Below are positions 13,480-27,022 of a stretch of 64,000 nucleotides of DNA, piece after piece. The DNA is from Lama guanicoe (Eukaryota), in assembly GCA_013239625.1 (NCBI GenBank), contig MU056050.1, forward strand, positions 4,969,366 through 5,033,365. The letters are read 5' to 3'. The position numbers were made by a program, and so were the translations under genes. Below the pieces are notes generated by a model. That model saw only the letters and a list, made by a program, of their open reading frames with translations, was not told the origin of the DNA and ran no database searches. Each line of letters starts with the position of its first letter. The stretch's first letter is position 1.

Positions 13480-15300
13480 AGAGGGAAGGTTTTGGATCTC
13501 TGAATAGCGGAGAACTGGAATCAAGTTCTTTGCAAGAAGCTAGAAACCACATTTCTGTAAAACAGGCATTAAAATATCTCTATCTGCTGCCCTAGGAACT
13601 TAGTAAGAAAGTTGGCCATCTTCAAAGTGTTGTTAAAAAGAGTCACCTGCAAGAAATCAGAACCCCAAACCAGTGCCATATACAGGAAAATGTAGAATTC
13701 ATACTGTACAAAGAGATGAAAACTGTAAATTGATAAATTAATATAAAAGTAGCATCATAAACATTGAAACTTGTAGGGGCTTAACAGAAGTAAATATGTA
13801 CTACTTAAAGCAAATCTGTACAATCCAGGGTATACAACAATCCCATAAAAAAACTATTACTCTGAAAATGAGGTTGCAGTTAAAATTGCATAATTATACA
13901 TGGAAGGAAACCACTAAGAGAGTAAGCCAATCAAGTAAACATAAGGAGTAACACATTGTGAACTATAGGTGATAGAAAAAAGTCTTTAAAGTAAGTATTT
14001 GTAAAATAATTGAGTTAAAGGAAATAATACAGATACCAAAACAGAAGGATCAGAACACCATAGCAAAAATGGTAAATAATCAGAGATTCTTGAAATAAAA
14101 ATATAAGCATTTGAATAAAGAATTTGAGGAAAAGAGAAAAAGTATATTAGACATAGTTGAAAAAAGACTTAGTGAAATAGAATATAGATCTGAGGAACTT
14201 GGTGAGACAGCAGCACAGAGCATTAAAGAAATAGAAGAAATCCATTTAACATGGAAGACAATATAGAAGGTCAAATCAAGTAATATCTAATCAGAGTTCC
14301 AAAAGAAAAGAATAAAGAAGATGAAAAATTGACAACTTCCCAGAAATAGTTGGTTGAGAATTTCCCAGAGTTGAGGAAAGACAAAACTGTTTAGCAAAGG
14401 AATACACTAGGTACTGAAACAAAATCCAAAATAACAAACCTACATCTAGACTTTTCAAGGGGTGAAAATGAGAAGTATCAAAGTCAAACCTTAATGCCTA
14501 CCAGAAAGAAGAAACTAATTATCTGCAACGGAACTATAATGAGACTTGCATAACACTTCTCATTAGCAACAGTAAATGTCAGAAGTAAGTGGAATAATGT
14601 TTTCAAAGTTCCGAGAGAACATAACTGTCAGCTTAAAATTATAAATTCATTTAAAGTGCCATTCAACAATGACAATGAAATGAAGAAATTTTTAGACCTA
14701 CAAAATTGCAAAGCTTACTAGTACAGAATGTACATCAATGTGAAACAAAAGAAGGGCTGGGATGCAAGAGCAGTGCTGAAGAAAGAAATTGATAAATCAT
14801 GTTGGTGAATTTGAACAAGTAATTGGTAACTCTAAATAAGAAGTAATAATCAGTAATAATCATAGCTGGAGAATTTAAATGCTAGACAACAGTAGTTTGA
14901 CGGAAGTAGGAGATATTTGAGTGAAATTATTCTAAGATTTTTGTGGGAAAGAAGATACAGACACTGATTAATTACAGTAGTTTTAGGTTAAGCACGCATG
15001 TTAAAATGTAAAGAAAACCATTAAAATAATAGAAATAGAAATTTCAAACAAGTAGAGGAAAGGAAAATACATGAAATATATGATAAAAACTTGATCAGTT
15101 CAATAGATGGCAGGAAATACAATAGAAATGAATCCAATTATATAATAATTATAACTGATAAAATTATTAAATCTATTAAAAGACTGGTAGAAGTACAATC
15201 TAGATATATGTCAATGAAGATAGACTGTCAAAATATGAAAAAGGCACGCCATGAGAGTGCTGTTAGTATTAACCAATGGCAAACCAGTGCATAGGATGGA
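13480..15300 (+). mobile_element. Ancient L1M (L1ME-like) 5' region, ORF1 and inter-ORF remnant
   Basis: A-rich decayed ORF1 motifs: ttagacatagttgaaaaaagacttagtgaaatagaatatagatctgaggaa, tatctaatcagagttccaaaaga, gagaatttcccagagttg, tggaataatgttttcaaagttccgagaga. Confidence 0.75.
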
Positions 15301-16604
15301 ATACCATACAGTTCATAAAATGAATCATCTTTCTATTTATCTGTCATCTATCTATCCATCTTAACCTGTTTAGATAGCAAAAACATGATGATGATTTTTA
15401 AAAATACAGAATTATATTGCAGTATTATGTCATTTATGTAAGTTTAAAGCTTCAAAATACTTTATTTATGAAAATGCATATACATATGTGGTAATTTATA
15501 AAATCATGGATTGGGGAAGATTACAGTGGGAACAACAACTGGGACAGTAATGGTTTATTTATTCTTAGAAATATCAAAAGAAAATATTGCAAATTAGGAT
15601 AATATTGTATTAACATTTATTCAGTATTTACTATTTCTTGGGCACTGTTCTAAACATTTTATATATATTCAGTTATGTAATCTTACCCAATGAGGTTGAT
15701 GTTTTTAATTCTGTGTATTGGATGCTTGGGTATTTGTTATATTACACTCTATAATTTGTAGGTTTTAAATATTTAATGATAACAATAATATAATGTTCTG
15801 GATGGTTAGGAGGTTAGTGGTAATTTTTGAGACTAATTTCAATGAACAGGAGTGAAGCAAAGAAAATGGTGGTAAATTATAACAGGAGATTTAACTCACT
15901 TAAAAAGTTCTAGACTGCATCCCCCTCCCACACACACATGCAATATAGATTTATAAGCACATTTTCTAAGCATAAAGGGTGTGTTTGTTATTTTATTTTT
16001 ATCTTCCCATGACACTCAATAATGGGCTCTAAATCAAACTGGTCTCAATAGATGTTGATTAAATACAAAGAAGAGGCAGATGATATATTTTAAGCTCAAT
16101 GCAAGCAAATTAGTAGCTATTTTTAGAAATTTGAAAAGTCAATTCATTTAATTTTTTCTCATTTTTAAATATGATGTAATAATCAGTGCATGCTTTCTTT
16201 CATTGTTGAAGACAATGCTACAGATTCACTTACAGTGAAATATTAACTTTGAAGTACTTCTCAAGAAGCAGTATGATGCTTATATTTATGCCTGATAAAA
16301 ATATGGTGATCATGCACATGCATTTAAACCATACCTGGATAGTTTGAGGTGCCATGTGCTAGAGATACAAGTACAGCATAAGAGGATAAAAATTGTCCTC
16401 AAAACATTTTTATTAAATACTTCCTTTATACAAGACACCTTACCATGTGCTTATTAATATACACTTTACCAAATTGAGCTCATCAATTAGAATTTGGCCT
16501 GTTACTATTTGAAATACTTTGCCTTGGCAAGTTCAGCATATTGGTAGGCTTGCTAATTCTGCATTGCAAATACCATTTTTGAAAGGCTCGATCGATAACC
16601 CTTA

Positions 16605-16765
16605 GCACATTGGGAAGCAGTGGAAAGAACACAGACATCAAAACACCAGATTCTTCTGCCCACTGTAATCTTGAGTAAGTTACCTCTCTGAGTCTCTGGT
16701 TCTCTTGTCTGAAAACTGAGGCCATTCAACGAGATCATCCCGGAGATTTTTGTCCCTGAATCACT
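16605..16765 (+). mobile_element. MIR/MIR3 fragment
   Basis: gcagtggaaagaacacagac...tgtaatcttgagtaagttacctctctgagtctc. Confidence 0.7.
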
Positions 16766-17449
16766 CCAAGACAATAATTTTTAAATGCCTGAGACTGCAT
16801 ATTAAAACCTAATTTTGTTTTTGGAAACTGAGAAAAATTTCATTTTTTTAAAAAAAAGTGTCAGAGATTGCACAAAAATAAGAAAGAGAAGCAGTGTGCT
16901 TTGAGAAGTAACAGTAGAGAAGTTAGGCTCTTGAGACTCTTAATTTGGAGAACTTGCATTTCATATAACCCTAATAAGATGTTTTTTAATACAACTGTGA
17001 TAAATTTCAGATTCTGGATAACACGAGGGGACGCTGGAGATTTGTGTTGTGTATGTAGAATCTACTGGGCTGAATAAATAATTTGATTAATAATGAATAT
17101 GTAATAGCAGCACCTGCACTATTTCAAGCATCAATCAATGGCTTCATTAATGACTTCTGGAGGGACAGGAAGCAAAGTTTATTTTAAAAAGAAGTCTACT
17201 AAAGACACATGAAGGTGGCATAATGACTGCACTCAAGAATCTGTTTTTGCCCTAATACAAATAAGATGTGGCTACACTGTCCAGTGATCCAAATATATTG
17301 ACAGTTATTTCAAAAATAGAGGCATCTCTCTCTTTCCTTCTTAGTGATTTATCCTTCCATGGAGTTCCCAATCTGTGCTTTCTCTAGAAGAAATAATCCC
17401 CTTCCATGTGTGAGTACTTTAGGGATAACAAATAAAATAGTTCATTTTA

Positions 17450-17595
17450 TTTATACAACCACTAGAAAGAGTAGGCACACGTTTCCTTATTTCACAGATA
17501 TAGAAATAAAAGCTTAGATAGCTTAAGCGCTCTGGTGAGTGGCAGAACCAGGATAAAAACCTGCCTCCGTGATCCATGCATTAAATTGCTTCCCA
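17450..17595 (-). mobile_element. MIR fragment
   Basis: atttcacagatatagaaataaaagcttaga...ggtgagtggcagaaccaggat. Confidence 0.65.
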
Positions 17596-18989
17596 TGGGG
17601 CCATCGTGCCAGAACCTCTTTTAATGAAAGCGTTTTATGCAGATCAACAAACATTACCTTTAACGGAAATGACAGTATTTGTCCTTTATTAGATGACACT
17701 AATTTCCTACTCCTTTTGAAGGAAGAATGGTTGTTTTATTTGACTCTTTCTTCTGTCTTTTCTCTGGCTTAGCCTAACTTCAGAAAAGGTGCATTCTGTT
17801 CTCTCTGGGTCATACAATAAACCTAGAGAGAATGACTGTATCTCTGAAGTGGATGGATGGCAGTTTTTCAAAGCTGTCTGCAACTGGGTGGATAAGTATC
17901 AGTGATTTAGGGGAATACTAACAAGCAGTTATAACTGTTACATTCTCCAATTTAGCTTTTAATTGGCAAAAATAGTGACATTTTGATTGTGATTTTTCTC
18001 ACTCCTGAATGTATCTCTTAACTGATGCCAAGTGCTTTTGTTGGGCCCACTAAAATACTAACACTGACTTTAATTTAATGATTAATTTTGTGAGCTATCT
18101 CTATTATTGAAGGTAATACTGGGCGCTTGGACAACAGAGATGAAGACACGTTCTTATAGTCTGTTAGGAATAAACACAATTTTAGTATCAAGTATCTCTG
18201 ATCCAAATAACAGAATTACTCCTCCTATTTACTGTTGTTTACAGCCCCACAGAAAGTGCTCAAAAGCTCTAAGGAATTTTTCTTCAAATATAAGGCTTGC
18301 CGATGTCTCATGGCAGGACTTGACAACAAACCAAAATTTTGACAGATTAACTGGAATTTACACAACAGATCAAGGCAGATTTAGCAGCACAAAATGCAAA
18401 GAATCCCAGAATAGTGGGCAAGGCCATCAAGGAGGGTCAGCAGGAGACTCAAAGGGTTGTGGATCATACCTGATTTAAGAACATAATGTAAGGATGATTT
18501 AATAAATAAGCATGAATCCAGGCAGGCAGTCCAGCTGTGGAACTCAGGAGGAACTTGGATTAGTTGAGATCTAGCCTGGGTACTGAAGCAGGACTGAAGC
18601 CTTTAGAATGATAAAATAGAGTAAGACACTCTGGTCTAGACTCCAAGTTAAGGACTCAGCATAAAATATGTGTTTGAGCCTATATGATTACCAGTCTAAA
18701 GATTGAATTAACAGAGTGTTGGTTGAAAGGAAAGGAGGAAAAGGGCAGTAATAGACTTAGGATATAAAGGCTGCAGTGGCAAGTCTGACTGGTTTCTTGG
18801 TCACCAGACTATGCATTGAATGATCACTATACTTGCTAGTAGAATCTAGTGCAGGGCTGGGCTTGGAAATCGGACTTACATTGTCCTAGCTTTGAGAACT
18901 AGGACATGGAGCCAGGAAAATTATTACCAGAATGTCTAGGGCAGTGTCATGATTCCAGTGGGTATTGGTGAACCCTGGGGAAGAGATAG

Positions 18990-19190
18990 TGCTATGGTAT
19001 GGTGGACAGAGGGGAAGCTTGGATTAAAAGACAGAAAACATGGATTCTAAACCTGGATCTACCAGTAAATAGTTGGGTAATATTGGACAAGACACTTTTC
19101 CTCCCTCGGATTTATTTTTCACACATATATAGTGAAGGATTTGGATTACATAGATCTCTCTTCATTCTTGCAATTTTAACGTTCTGTGAT
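18990..19190 (+). mobile_element. MIR3-like fragment
   Basis: tatggtatggtggacagag...gacagaaaacatggattcta...attggacaagacactt...ttggattacatagatctct. Confidence 0.65.
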
Positions 19191-21019
19191 GATAGGGCAA
19201 ATGACTTAGATCTACTCCAGGTTTTTCTATTCAGGTTGGATATTCTGAGCTGCAGGCCTGACTCAATCTGAGGACATACTATGCTTATATAACTAAACTA
19301 ACGTCTGAATTTGTATTTCCATTGAGTTGATTACATCCTACAGATACCATTAAAAGATAGCATTCTTGTTTTTACTTCTTTGCCCCTCCCCTCTTTTTGC
19401 CAGAATTAAAATAATGCCACTGAATATCCATAGGGCAATATAGAATGAGTTTTTGTTTACTTTGCAATTGAAATGAACATTTCATATTTCTTGGGAAATA
19501 GTGATAATGCTTGGCACAGACTATGTGCATTTAAATTACTAGTGAGTAATTATTAAACCATGTTTATCGATAAGGTCTTTTGACTAATGACTACTTTTTT
19601 TCCCTCTGAATTTCATCCAAACTCTTATGGTTTTCTCTCTTATTAGGTCTGCAAAACTTGATTTAGAAATACTTAAAGGATGAAATATGGTTGGTGTTTT
19701 CATCTTCCAGGTACAGGAAGGAAAGGTAATGGATCCACTCTTATTTTGTTTGTTTTCCTTTTAGTGTTATATGTTAGTTTGGGAAGGTTTGCTGGCCAAC
19801 AGTGCTCTTCTAGTCTGGCAAAATTGTGTCTGCTGGATAAGACTATTCATGCCTCATTGGACGGTGCTTCACAATTTATAGCATCGTATTGATTATGCGG
19901 TAATATCCCCCTTAGTAAGCCTTGCAGTTTCTTGACTCAGGGTGACAAGGAAATAACAAGAAAAGTTCATAAGCCTGAACATTTCTGGGCTTTCACTAAA
20001 TCATGTTAGTCCTTGTTTGGAAAGAATCCAGACATCTAACAACTGTCGTAACCCCTTGGTTAAAAAGCCAGCACTTGAGTTTTATTTTGAAACATTTCTC
20101 TCTTTTAAAATGCATCAATACAATCATTCTTTGACTTGCAATTTCTAAAAATTGTGAGAATCTAAGTGAATCCAATTAAGAACTATTAAAAATTGAGTTC
20201 TTATTTCATTTTGGCTGTTTTAGGAATGATTTTTCCAAAGCCGATAGTATACAATGCAAGAACTGTGAGAAAAGCAATAAAAGGCAATGCATCTAACATA
20301 GTTTATACATGTTAATATTACCATATTTCTTTCAAAGACCCCTTGAAATATGTTTTTAACTATTATTACACTAATGCCTGACCTTCCTTGTTGAGCTTGG
20401 GGCTCAAAAGCTGAAGTACTGTAGTTTTATAAGTTTCACATGGCCAACAGATTATATATATTTAACTCGATGGCTTCTGTCATCTTTTATTTAATTGTCA
20501 ATTGTCAGCTATCTTATGCAATGAACAAAAAGTGCTTATCCAACCACATTGCTCACAAGAATATATATCCCCCAAATTTAATTGTTCACTGCTGTGGGAC
20601 TTTACCATAATGTTTCTACATTATGTGCATATTTATATAAGATACACCCAGAACTGACAGTGAGTCCTTAAATTATTATTAGTGTGGAAATGATGGAAAA
20701 CTAAATTAGGTGATTAAGAGAATTTTATAGCATATTACTTATATATATTTATTTCATGGCATTAAAATTTATTGTTACTATGAATTGGTCTCATTAATGG
20801 ATGGTAGTTTTTTTTTTAATGTTGAAGACATCACTATTATAGTGGCAATTTTTGGTAAAGGGTCTTTTAAGACTCTGGTTTAATTTTCATGAAACAAAAG
20901 TATTGGTTTTGGTTTTCTTTTATTCACTGTACATCTAGTATCAGTGAAGCAGTCTGCTAAGAGTTGTGTATATGACTGAGGCAATTGATATGTATTTGGT
21001 GCATAAATGTATGAAAGAC

Positions 21020-21300
21020 TGACTGCCCTGAAGGAGCTAATAGTATCATGAGTGATAGACATAGGTACTCAGGGAATTCTAGTACGGGAGACTATAAAAC
21101 GATGTGAAAGAGGCCCCCGATGCAGTCTTAAGTTGTCATGAAAACGTTCATGTAGAAAATGTCTTTAAGTGGAGAGCTGAAGGATGATTAGAGATTTGCT
21201 GGTTGATGGCAGCAGGATGGCATAGAGGGGAGATGAAAAGGTTCTAGTTAAAAGGAACAGGATCCATTCCTAGAATTTCGTGAGCTCATGGTGCATTTGC
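21020..21300 (-). mobile_element. L2 fragment
   Basis: ctgccctgaaggagctaatagt...tttaagtggagagctgaaggatgattagagatttgc. Confidence 0.6.
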
Positions 21301-23114
21301 GGATCTCTCAAACTAAGTGTGATCAACTTGATCATCACTAATGTGGAATACATGTGAACGTATTCCAATTTATTTTTTTCATTCCTAACCTAGTTCAGAT
21401 TTAATATGATGTCCAGCAGCCAATCTCACAAATAGTATCAAAGCTAATTACAAGAGAGTATACCATGGCTGAATCCTTCATGGATAGTAAAGAGTTAGTT
21501 GTATCTCAAGATCACCTTGTCATCTTCATTGTTTTAGGGGAGAAAAGAATAAGAATAAAGAAACTGAGGAAGAGCATTTTAATAAACACACAGAGATTTA
21601 CATGCAGAAAGTGAGGCAATGATAGCCAGTGATATTTATACAATATCGCAGTCCACTGAGTACCTTCACCTGTTTTATTTCATTTTGGCTTTACAGTTAC
21701 TCAGAAGGATGGGAGAGGATTGGTATGAAAGACTAGTGAGTCTAGGGTGCTTTCTCAATAGCACACGTGAGGACTGTAACCAGCTCTTCTGATAAGGATT
21801 TTGTCCATCCCAAACCCCCCTAAAGCAGGTGAACAAATAACAAATCATCATAATGTTCAGTTATGGGTCCTTTTCTGCTACATCTTTCCTATAGGAAAAG
21901 AAATTTATATTCTGCCATATAAGCTATGACTATCCAAGTATGTGTGAATTGGAAATAGACTGCTACAAGCAATAAAAATATCTACTGTAGGTCGAGAACT
22001 GTGTGAGGTTCTGAGAGGGTTACATGAAAAGGAAGGAAATGGAGTCATCAGATAAATATACATGAAACAACTGGAGAACAATCGTGTGATACTAAATGAA
22101 AATGCAGTAGGCATTGAACTCCATATTGAAAGAATTAGGCTGTGAAAAGACATTTAATTCACATATGGTTTAAATACAGATAAACAGTTTTGCAGCAAGC
22201 ACAACTGTTTTGTTGTCCATAGAAACTACGAATGGTCATATTTCCTGATAAAGCAACAAGAAAATGTCAAATTCTGATGACAGCAAGATACAATTAGAGA
22301 AGAATTATGCTTAAAGAAAAATCAGCTCATCTAGTTTAGTAAAATTTGGATTGTTTTAGTCTCTCCGAAGCAACACATGGTGCTGTATCAAGGCACTGGC
22401 AGCCTACCAGAAGGAGGCATCAGTGATTCCATTCACATTATTGCATTAAAAGTCTGTGGAAACTTTTTGTTGCACAAGAAATCCAAAATAGCTGTAGCTA
22501 TATAAGAGAAATGAAATGGCTCAGTGGGGATTTTTTATTTTGGTTTAAAATGGTAACACATAGGATTTGTTTTGGTTTATCAGTAAAACAAAAAAGCATG
22601 AGGTTGTGAGATATACACGTGGGACATGATGGAGACCTTTGCTGATAGTAACAGTTCTGCTAATTGGTTCAATCCACAGGAAGCATGCAATCCCAAATAT
22701 GCCAGCTTTTTAGACAACGCAGGTTTTTTTTTAAATTAGCAGTGATATAAATGAAGGTGACACAGGGCATTTTCTTATTATCAAGGGATCCCAGAGGTAT
22801 TTGTATTGTAGATGGCAGAGTTGCTGCCACTGCCACCTGACTGTCCCCACAGGAATGAGTGGTTTCACTGAGTGAAGGCAGCTCTGAAAGAACGTGCAAA
22901 ATGTGACATGTATCTGTTGACTATTTGGAAATGATTTGATACCCCTGGGGCATGTCCACCTCAAGTTCACTCTCATTGTTCTGTCACTGTTCTCAAAATG
23001 GACAGGAGCAAGCCTGAAAGGTCTTTATAAAAACCATCTTTCCCTTCATGCTGAGGTCGTATTTCCCTTGCTATGGGTCTGTGGATAATGGAATCTGCTT
23101 TACATAGCCTAGGC

Positions 23115-23364
23115 CAGCGGCTTTCAAACCTGTTTTTATTTTGGCCCATGGTAAGGAATAATAAAAATACATTTTATACATAGACTATGTAAACACATAT
23201 ACACCCATATTGAAAAATATTTTAATGAACCTATCTTTTACTATTTGCAATGCTCGCTGACATTTTTTTATTCTATTACTTTTTTTCTTTAATTGGTGGT
23301 TGCAGCCATTTAGTTTATTTCAAGAATCACTAATGTGTTTCCACTTGCAGTTTTCAAAACATTG
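23115..23364. mobile_element. hAT-Charlie MITE (about 250 bp)
   Basis: Degenerate TIRs cagcggctttcaaac / gttttcaaaacattg; flanking 8-mers gcctaggc and gtccagga resemble the Charlie nTCTAGAn target duplication. Confidence 0.7.
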
Positions 23365-26300
23365 GTCCAGGATGCTTTCTTGTTGGGAGATCCACTGTTT
23401 CAAACCTACTTCTTCACTAGAAAATAAAACAGAAACTTTAAACAATTATGAATGAATGGTGTGAAAGTTGAGATAAAAATGCTATTTTAAAGTACATTTT
23501 GTAAATTCTAAAATACTGTATTTGTTATTTGTCTTTGGTTACTTAAAATTGTGTGGCTTACAGATCCAATTAGGGATGATGATTTATAAAAATCATGAAT
23601 TATTATCACACTTATATTTTAGTTTCAAATTCTACATGTCATTTGGCTAAGCAAAGAAGTTGATCCATATAAATCCATTGAAAGGCCTGACCTCTGTTAT
23701 GCAATTCAAAGATATTTTGGAAGATTCAAATTAAGTGAAATGCATTAATGATCATAAAAAGGCCACAAAATAAGGTATTGCCTATTAGAGAAATTAGTAG
23801 CTTCTTTGAGAGAGATGTAAACAATGATCTTTCATGACATCTTATTTTGTTGCCTCAGCTAACAATGACAAATTCATGTCATGCAAATAACTCAGCATAT
23901 TGGCATTAAAAGCATATATATGACTACTCTACATTCATCAAAACCGTCCATGCAAATCTCATGTGAAAAATCAAGGAAAATAATATGTTTGGAAACTATA
24001 TTATTGCTTATAGATTTTGATATCTAAAGGGTCTCAACTTTTTAAGTTTTGTTTTCCCTTACCCACTGAAGGATTCTCCTGGCTGTTTATTTGTTTTTTT
24101 TATTAGAAAAAATAAACTGGGATACCAAGAGGTAAATAGTTTAGTTTTATTCTAAACAAAGACCATCATAACTGACACATAGTAAGTAGTTGATTAGTAA
24201 ATGTTAAGTAACTTGATAAACATATCTGGACCAAATAACTAAGCAAAAAGTTCTGACTTTTGGCCCTTTCTTTTTGTATTGCATATTTGCTCATACCAAT
24301 AATATGAAGAGACTAAACTTTTCTTGAGCATAATTAGATAAGAACTTCCCCCAATAAATTATAATTCTACTACCTTTCCATTTCGTATTGCAATGTTTTC
24401 AAATGTCCCGGCTGCTTTATTGCATGCAGTTATTTTGGATTGGAAGACAATAACATGGATGATGTAAGTGAGCATCATCTATTACTGTATTTCCTGTCAG
24501 TCTAGGCAAATTTTATCAGATGTAGTTAGAAGACCAGTTTTTCAGGTGATACATTTCTCTAATCTCTTACTTTTGCATATGGATTAGTTTCAAGTAAAGA
24601 ACTTCAAAGTCTCTAAAGAAATGAATGCAATGCAGAGCTTGCTATATTAAAATCTTATATATTTACTTAAACCGTTTTTCCCTGTTCCTGTAGAAGGAGA
24701 GTTTGAATTTTCAGATATCATAAAAGTTATAAATGAAAGATCAAATGTTCAAATTATGGCCTTTGGGGGAGAAATTTTGGATATGTAATTGATACAGAAA
24801 ACTAATAATAAGGACATCACCGTGATTTATTTCAAAAATGTTTTCTTGAAATTCTTTTCTTGGGCTACCATATTCAGGCATATTTTACTAGATAAACACA
24901 AGAAACTAATGACCAAATAAAATGTAACTTCCTAAGTCTAGATTTCCTTGGATTAGGTAAATTCAGTTATATGGTAATCCAAGTAATAAAGAGAATGGCC
25001 TTTATGAATTTCTCTTGCTTGGAGATGAGCTGTTTCTTTGTCCCATATATTGAGGAGATATGCTATAGTGCATTTTCATGTGTTAGAATAATACAAGCAT
25101 TTTAATTTGATGATTAACAGTAAATTCTCAAGGGAAAACTGGAGACCTTTTCTCACACTAACCAGGTGGCCTTACCAACAAGATCAATTGGATCTCAGAT
25201 TTTGACCGGCTGAGGCCAAATGAATGAGTTAACTTTGTAGCTGCTCTTTTGCTCATGAGCGTGGCCTGTAGACTCAATTTGAAACACAGCAGACTAGACT
25301 ATAGGAGATTTTTGCTCAAACACTATAAACGAGTTTTGGAAATGGTTTCTTTCAAAGCATTCAAAATAGCAATCTAAGTCCGGCATTGTGTCACCAGTAG
25401 TCAAATGTGGAACAGTTATCGTGGAGGAGCATACATTCTGGCCAGAAATGTTGATTTGATGTAAATCTGTATGTGTATAATATGAATTTCCCTTGACAAT
25501 TTTCAAACTAGTTTATCCTGTAATTTAACATAGCATCTGTTAAAGTGATCTAAATTTTAGTGATTATTTTAAATATTCTACCTTATCCATCCCACTTATA
25601 GAAGCTTGGTAACCCAAGACAAACAGATTTTCAAACAGTTTACTCAGTTTATGGGCATTTTCTATAGCTCCTTTAAAAAATATAGTTGAATTTACTTTCA
25701 GGATGGTGTTTTAGCTACTATGAGCAACATATATTTTAACTTACCTGATTTCCACTCATTTGCCCAACTTACAATTATTCCTTCTTTTTTTATATATATA
25801 ATCGTAAATCTTATTCACCTTTTAGCAACTTGCCCTGCTTCCCAGCCCTAATTCAGACAATTTAAGTTAATAATTTTATTCACAATAACAAACATGAAAA
25901 AAAATTGGAATAAACTAAAATGAAAATTATGAGGCTAATTCAAAAAGCAAGTGACATAAAGAATAATAGCTATTATATTTGATGTTTATATGAGTCATAA
26001 GTTTCATCACTATTATTTCTCTAGCTTAGTTTTATTAGCATCCTTTGAGCCACAAGACATTTTATCCTAATTCACATTTTTTTTCCAACTGAAGGTAATA
26101 AAAGCTTATTTTTATGCAACAAAGCAGTGCTTTGTGATTTTGCTTTCCCTGATAGTGTCTTAATACTTTTGCGTCTCCCACTGCACAAAGGAAAGATGAA
26201 TAATTTCTTCCAAATCAAAGGGATATTCACACAAGACCCGAAACAATTCCTCATTTCATCTTGAGCCAAAAACAATGCAATGATGGAAAATAAAATGCAA

Positions 26301-27022
26301 TGTTATGGTAACATTTTACTGACTTGTCCATTTTTCTGGCATAGATTAGTCAATAAAGTGCAGTGGGTAAAAGGCAGACAAAAGATAATCTCAGGTGTCT
26401 CACCACCTACTATGCTCTCCTCAATGCACCAGTCATATTATTCATAAGAAACCACAACTGACTAGCTGGTCTGTTAATCAAAAGAGTGTAAAATGACAAC
26501 AGAAAAAATTCTGGCTTTGGATGCATATGAATAATACGACCTATTTCCAAGAAGAGGTATTATAAGCTAGTGACCGCCAAATTAATTTCTGTTTGCAGTG
26601 TAATATTGGTAGAAAAATCAGTAGCATTCATGAAGGGATTAAAAATACTCAGAACAATATTGAACAAACAATGTATAATTATGATAATATCACTACTGCA
26701 GCAATATGATGTCTCACAATATTTGGCAGAGCAGCTCCAATACTTAAACTGTTCACTTCGTGGATCTTAGGCAGGTTTTCAGTATTTGTTTAAAAGTGTT
26801 TAATGCCCTGACCTCACTCTCCTGCATTCAAACAAGGCAAAGTGTCTCTATGTTTCAAGAAATATATAGTCATTATTCGGTTTAACCTTATATTTGACAA
26901 CATTTTCTATAAGACCATGCTCAGTTAGAAAAAAAGTATATTTTACACATTAATGAAAATTTAGCAGCATAAAATGTTGCCATTCAATACTTGTTGTGGT
27001 CACAGTTTTAGGTCCTCTTTTT

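Noticed and set aside
22800..22845. CTCF-like words (also about 54215-54228 and 61059-61072)
   Set aside because: Each has mismatches at core positions; not distinguishable from chance.
26403..26472. Possible minus-strand exon with AG/GT boundaries
   Set aside because: Stops in all three frames and no other support.
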